Positions 57,322 through 64,000 of a stretch of 64,000 nucleotides of DNA are shown here, one piece after another. The position numbers and the translations under genes are program-made. The stretch spans positions 373,797-437,796 of the forward strand of contig NW_019217883.1 of the NCBI RefSeq assembly GCF_002571385.2. The letters are read 5' to 3'. The stretch's first letter is position 1, and the number at the start of each line of letters is the position of its first letter. The notes beneath the pieces were generated by a model. That model ran no database searches, was not told where the DNA came from, and saw only the letters and a list, made by a program, of their open reading frames with translations. The stretch is from Stylophora pistillata. Lineage: Eukaryota.

Positions 57322-60300
57322 TCAGTGGCCTGAATTCTCACAAAAGAACATTAGTTGTTCTTTCGACGTAAGTTTCCGCGGAATCTTCAGTTGATTCACA
57401 GCCGTCGGTGTGACTTTGAGAAGGAAGTCGCGAAATTTCTGGAACGTACCTGGTTGGACCAAACAAACTTTGAGTGTGTCGATACAGCCGCCATTTTCAC
57501 GACGAATGAGATAAAAGGGATTCACCTCACATAGCGCGTGGTCCAACTGAAAAGAAATTAATTGAAAGTCGTACAAAAAATGGCAACAGACTGATCGTGA
57601 GGCTGGGTTACATAAACGCGATTAGGTGTTTAAGCAGTAATCAATTAATTGTCCAGAGAAATCATCAATTCGGTCTGTGATTGGTCCAGAAAACCATCGC
57701 CACAACAATCAATCGGATGCGAAACTAAAATCAATCACGATTTGGTCACCCGTGTAAGCAGGTTACCTGTTTTTACTTCGAGTTTTCATTGGCTGATGAT
57801 GATGTCAGCCTTCTCTCTTATTGGTCTTTGAGTTTGGATTTAGTTTCTCAACATTCAGTTGAAAACTGCTTTATTTACATCGACAACGACAATATAATGA
57901 TAATGATATATAAAATTATAATGAGGTATAAAATTGTAATGATAGTGAGAACAATAACTATAATCCTAACGACGATGGTGTGAATAGACACGGGCCTTGC
58001 TAATGCATTTATCCTTGCGGTATCTTCGTCAGTAGTAAGTCCAAATTTCACAACACCAGGAAGAAACAAGAGACACAGGGTTAGATTTCATTCTTACCTT
58101 TCGAGAAAGCACCTCATTTTCTTTTGAGTCTCGAGTTGCACTAAGCTCCAAGAAAATTATATAAAATGGCTTGACACCATCAAAGTCTGCCTTGCATTTT
58201 TGGCCAATAGTTTCCAAAACGAAATCCATTTTCTTCGGGATTAATTCCAACAGAATGCTCTCTGCGCATGTGTAATCCACGAAGTTAAATTTCTCGCCTT
58301 TACCTCGGAGCACATTCGTGAGTGCTTCGTACATCATCGTCTCAGTCGTTTTCTCCGAGCGCATGTTTAATAGCTGACCTTGTCTGTACTGAAACTCCAC
58401 CACCGGGCAACTGTTGTGAAAACGGACAACTTTCACCACATCTCCGATCCTGTAACGGTACAAACCGCTGAGAGTCGTTACCACGAGTTCATACGAGCAA
58501 CCGGGTTCGAGTTCCTCACCGAACAGCGTCTGTAAATAATATGACGTGTGTTAATAGTTTACTTAATGGCCCTTATTTGGAATGTCATGCATCGCTCCCC
58601 CAGAGATAACCTTACGGTTCTTTTTGGGGATCAGGGACAGTATGTGACATCCGGTCGGCTGTGGGGATGACTTATGATAAGACTGACCTAAGTGAAGGAA
58701 ATCTGGTATAATTATTACCAGATGTAAAATGTGTTTAGTCGTACTATAGGAGAAGCACAACTACGGGCAAATTATAACAAAAGAAAATATAATCATAAGC
58801 CAGTGAGAACTCAAAGTTAAAACAGCCGGGGCAACAAACTAAAAGCGCGGGAAAACGCAGGTGATCAAATCACAATTGGTATTCGTTTGGCGTCCCATTG
58901 GCTGAGAAGATGGCCTAAGTTTTCTGGACAAATCACAGAGCAAGATTAAGAAAACCAACTAGTACCGGATCAATTTCGCCGACACTCAATCGAAATTTGG
59001 TCTAACCACTTCAAACGATCGTCTTATCTCCAGTTTTACTTATTGTGCGATACCGCAGCCTAATGTCTTGCTTTACTAGCCAGAAAAAAAAAAAAAAAAA
59101 AAAATGAAGCGGTGGCGATCTCCCGCTTCGTTTGTGTGAGGGTGTGATTGTGCTTATTCTCAAATGAAGTGTCATTTCGTGGCTTCAACATGAGAAACAA
59201 GAAAACTCTTTGAAGTACCTTTGGTTGTTGTTCGTGGGTACGCTCCAATGGTATGAATTCAAAGAACATCGAGCGAGGTGCCAGGAGATAGCAAGATTCC
59301 GTTGTTAGTGGCCATAAGTTCACTCCAATCAATCCTTCAGTGGCTCCATATATGGTAGAACACAGTGCCACACCCTTGAGATAGCGCTCCCGTAACTGCA
59401 TGGCATAAAGTTCAGAGGAACCTTAAAAAGGGAAGAAGATACAACATGTGAATTTTCTCTTTTTTCGATATGCCAAACATGCCGCAAGTCATCCTCCTAG
59501 TAGAGAGAAACAGTGCCTTACGAGTGCACCCAGCCTCCTAGCCCCGTTTATACATCCAAGTTTTTGTTTGTGCCCCAAAAAGGCTAGACATTTTCTTTCT
59601 AAACCAAGTTGTTTCTCTCTCTCACGGTGGTTTTTTTTTTTTTTTTTTTAATGTTATGCCCCACCCCCTCTGCCAAAAAGCTTTTTTAACTGAGGAGAGG
59701 GCACTGTGTGAGGGAGACTGCTACTCTGTGTTTAGTGTAAGTTTTGATGGCTCAACGATGGTCGCAATAACAAAATTTTTTAAGTAGATATCAGTCACAT
59801 GATGAAAACTGACAGCCTACAAATTCGAAACAGTAGGCAGCAGAGCATGTGACAATATTTTGACCAGAACTTACCCGACATTACCCCATGTACATATGCT
59901 AGGTGTGGCCAAATTCTCCTGGCGATTCCATCAAAACCCTTCTGAAACTCCTCTCTTAGTTCATTTGCTCGTTGTTTATCCGGCTTTAGCTTTAAAAGCT
60001 TATTTAGCTCTCTTGGAAATAAGAGGCAGACGAAGAAGAAATAATTAGTTATGATCATACAACAAAACAAAAGCAGTCGATATTCTCAAGGAACGTTTCG
60101 GTTGAATTCGTAATACTTACGTTCGAACTCCATCTGTTATTTCAAGATCAGCATTGATTTCACCTTTCTCCAAGTCTTGCACCATTAATTTCCAGTTTTT
60201 CTCAAGGAAGACGAAAACCCCGTGAATCCAGAACGCAAAGTTGCCTAGAATGGCACCCAGGTCTCTATCTCTTAGTGCAAACAACACGTGAATGTAAAGT

Positions 60301-63289
60301 CCAGCGGGTTCGGACGGGACGTCAAGGTGCACTCGGGGAGTGGACAGGGCGTGCAGCTGTAAGGAAGGGGCTAAAGTTGAAGGTCCAATGGGAATCCCTC
60401 CTTCCGAGTACCTGACTTGAGGAGCGTGGAACAGTTTAAGGGACTTCTGTAAATTATCCGCCTATAGAAATATAAATCATGTTGCAGGTTTTCTGGCAAA
60501 GAGGGATCAATCGGTAATGGACGCTCGATATGGAAGTTCAAAATACATGAATTCAATAATTTGCGTGCCGTCAGCCATGCTACTAAATTGCGTGCCCTTG
60601 GCTTATTAATTGCTCAGAAGTCGTCACATAACTCATCCAACTTAGTTATGCGGTTGTCAGCTGTAAAATTAGATTTGGAAATGAGATTTTAAATGCGAAG
60701 GTAGAGATTAAAATTTTATACATTTCTGTCTACTCCATAATCTCTTAGGACTCGCGTGGCTACCCGCACGTGCATAACCCGTCGCCTTTCGTGTCAATCT
60801 TGTGCCCCAGAACCATCTATTGCGCATGACTACTTTCTGTTGCGTTCCAAAATCGAGATTTTGGCCATGAAAGCTAACCACACGGAAAAGGATAATTTCT
60901 AAACTGATATGATAAAACTCCATGAAAGCATAGCTAATAGAGGGGACAAGTAACAAGAAAATAATACCGCAAAAAGAGGAAAGTTTTGATTTTCTTTTCA
61001 TCGTGTGGAGAAATGTTATTATCTGGAGTGATTACTTCTACTCACCTGGGGTAGAACGTTAAACAAAGTGTGATAGAGTCCCACAGAGAATCCGTACTCC
61101 ACGAATGCTCTGGAGTTGTCTCGTGTCTTGGGAATAAGACAACTTTTTCCTGTTGTCCCGGATGTTACTGCCAACATCCAAGGATCTTGATTGGTCAGTA
61201 CGTTCGTCTTTCCTTGAGCAATTTCATCTGGGGTGAAAGGAAAGTTGTAAACTCGGTTATAACGTTTGCTTTGATGATTTATGGTAGAGGCTTTTTGATA
61301 CTCAATAATGAACTCACAGAAGTAAAACATGTTCAGTATAACCCGAGAGTGTATACCACTGAAACAGGGAAGTTTGTTTTGAGTACCAGTGTTTTGATAC
61401 CCAACGTAGTGATAAGCTTTGTTTAAATAAATCTCAAGTGTTTCCTTCTTGTTATTTTATGTTTACAAAGTATTCTCCTGAGCCCACAGATGCGGAAAAC
61501 ATTCCTTAGACTGTGAAAATTAGCTAGAAGTTAGATTTGGATCTTAGTTGTAAATTCTACTTTTAGTAATAAAGTTAAGGTTCATCGAATATTTAACGAG
61601 AAAGAGACATCACGTCTTCTTGTCTATCTCTCCCTTGCCCGTCAAAGCAGTTAAGAAGCAATATAAACAATCGAAATTCTTATCTCTTTCATTCTTGCAA
61701 GAATATCTATATATCAAGTGCTGTTGTGAAAAGGTCAAAAAATTTTGGCGTAAATTGTTCGTGAAAAAGAACAGATCAACGAATGACACAAATTTTCTGT
61801 ATTGACCAGGATTACGCTGTAATTGGCTAAGGGCATGGGTCGCACTTGGCAAAGTTTGGTGTGAATGTGGTCACTTAAATGTAAAATTCTGTCATCGGGG
61901 CACATTGTGTAATGCGACCCTAACTTTTCCAGTTAGGAAAAACTTTGAAAACCGGCCAAAACATCAAAGACGCCGCAGTGCTTGGGTGGGGCAGGTAGAT
62001 TTCGGAAAACTCGGGCTAAACAATAGCTATCACAGCGGTAACTGTCAACACTTGTCAGTAAACAGCAAACGACTCGACTGGTCGCAGAACTGACCAGGCA
62101 TATGGCGCTCGAAGTAATCTTCGCTGACGTCGATTTCTCGCTCTAATCATAGCGGCAGTCAAAACAAATAAACAGGCGTTAACCCATATTTCATAGATCA
62201 TACGAAAGACAAAAAAGTGCTCGTGATTTAACTGAATAAGAAGAATAAGCATCACCGTGATCGTTATTAATAATGCTTCAACGGGACGCATTTTGTTTAA
62301 CGTTTGTTTTCCTGTTTCAGCTCACTGCTCTCTCCCCATAGCACGTCGATAAACGTGTGTCTGGTTTATCAAAGTGTCATCACTGACATTTTTTTCACCT
62401 AGTGCGACCCTTTCCGGTTGCGATTTCAAATTTTCTGTGGCTTTTTTGCCGGCAAAGTTGAAAACTTTGCCTAAGTGCGACCCATACCTAATCCGTTTTT
62501 CATGGTATAAGTTTCTTAGAACATTTTCCAGAGTTTTGAATTCTCATTTCTGTTACGGGACCAAAAAATCAGTTTGTTTGTCTCTGCTCCAACCAAAATA
62601 CATTTCTTGAATGTTTCGAATGATCATTTCTTTCTTTTCTTTTTTTGTACATAACTAGCACTAGTAGAAAGCCCCAAGCTTCACCATGTAAAATACTTCT
62701 TGCTTGTAAACGCCTTTTGTATTACACCTAGCAAGATAACGCAAATCTACTTTCCATGAACGATCACTGCTGGATAAAATCGGCTTCAAAGTCTTGCGTC
62801 CCTAGCTTGGGAGGGATCAATGACATTCATAATATTGCTAATCCTCTCGCGCAAACCCGTATACGGCATAGCTATTACAGTCGTTTCTTGCAGACTGTTC
62901 TATTATCACCAAAAATATCGTTAATCAATCTACCTACCCACAAACGCTTTGTAGTGATCATACTTGGTGATGGGATGAACATCAGTAAAATCCCGGCGGC
63001 TCGTTATTTCATTGAACTTGAATTCTCTACCATATCTAGTCTTGGAGTTTTTCTTGAGAATGTTTAACAAAAATGTTTCTTGAACTTGGGGAAAACTTTT
63101 TGTGTCTTTTTCCAGGCGTCCTCTTGCTCTAGCTCCCAAGAGATACACAAAGCGATTGATAAAGAAGTGGACCAGTAAACTCCGAGCAGAGTGAAATTTG
63201 CTCCGACGTTTTTTCCAGATCTGAGCGACAACAGAAAGTAGGAGACCACCGACAAAAATTACAACAAACAGCGAAATATACAACATCAT
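57322..63289 (-). CDS. GHDC: GH3 domain-containing protein (GHDC-like acyl-adenylate-forming fold) with N-terminal hydrophobic anchor, 7 exons
   Basis: Approximate exons 62938-63289, 61046-61227, 60120-60461, 59875-60011, 59219-59421, 58098-58529 and 57322-57547. GH3 motifs VQETFLLNILKKNSKTRYG, TSGTTGK, YGATEG, FFEFIP, YELVVTTLSGLYRYRIGDVV and C-terminal QLKIPR. Confidence 0.92.
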
Positions 63290-63709
63290 GCTCTGACGTT
63301 TAAGTGGTAAATTCCACCTCTGCGTTGAACCGGTATGGCTGTTGAGCTTTCTTCTTTTTTTTTTAAAACGCTTTTTTCAAGCGTCTACTGAGTCACGTTT
63401 GCACTTCTGTAGCTCCGGAACTTCTATGACGTGTTAAGTTCATTGAATCAATTTAAGGTGGCTAAAGGTCAAGAGTGCACCCGTTGTGAAGATGCCCAGC
63501 AGTTCTCCTTCAAATTAATCGGTATCCAGCCAGCTGGCGGGTGTTACGAAAACTAAAAAATGTCTACAAAGTCGAATTACGACCGTGGACATGAAATTAA
63601 GAACCCACAGAAAGCTCATATTCGATCAATCGAGCAAAAACACTGTTGTACTACCAATATGGGGGAGCACTAACATCAATTTTATCTGTTTCCGAACAAA
63701 GGAGTTAAT

Positions 63710-63950
63710 ACATATGATGTACGATCCTCGCAGTAGATAGCGCTATCGAAGCAATAGCGAAAATCAGACCTGAAAAAAAAATCAGGCCTGTACGGGATTC
63801 GAACCACTGACCTCTGCGATACTAGTGCAGCGCTCTACCAATTGAGCTAACAAGCCAACTGGTATATATTTCGTTGTATGCTCATCGTGCATCATGTGTA
63901 TCTAATACCGCAGTTCAAAATATTTGAAGTTCATATATTTCGTTGTATTT
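63710..63950. mobile_element. Second, fully sequenced copy of the tRNA-like-unit element (inverted arm with tRNA-like 63784-63856 on the - strand, plus short direct tail), 12-bp TSD
   Basis: Near-identical to 9214-10654. aaaggagttaat occurs at 63698-63709 and 63951-63962. Confidence 0.85.
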
Positions 63951-64000
63951 AAAGGAGTTAATCACCGACACCGGAAATCGCCATCAGGTATTCCTTGCGA

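Noticed and set aside
57322-63289. GH3 gene as recent horizontal transfer from plants or bacteria
   Set aside because: It has multiple spliceosomal introns and host-like composition, and GHDC homologues are known in animals.

Overview
Intron-rich, AT-rich eukaryotic genomic DNA from an invertebrate. The repeat families and GPCR type suggest a stony coral or other cnidarian (inference). I reconstructed eight protein-coding genes by hand from splice sites and reading frames. In order: ARL5 (-), CCDC47 (-) head-to-head with DDX23/PRP28 (+), an EMI-domain/collagen gene of EMID1/COL26A1 type (-) with a single-exon class A GPCR (+) nested in intron 3, an unrecognised 278-aa protein of two tandem units carrying 12 Cys-Pro motifs (+), AVL9 (+), and a GH3-domain gene (GHDC-like, -). 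Introns are dense with MITEs, tRNA-derived SINEs, LINE 3' ends, Penelope-type hammerhead remnants and a THAP-bearing TIR element. There is one assembly gap (9300-10266). The most notable items are the Cys-Pro repeat protein (candidate multi-heme or metal binder), a tRNA-Thr-like mobile unit inserted twice with Penelope-like inverted-plus-tandem architecture and target-site duplications, a decayed DDX23 exon copy inside a CCDC47 intron, and a GC-AG intron in DDX23. Gene names rest on motif recognition from memory; no database search was run.
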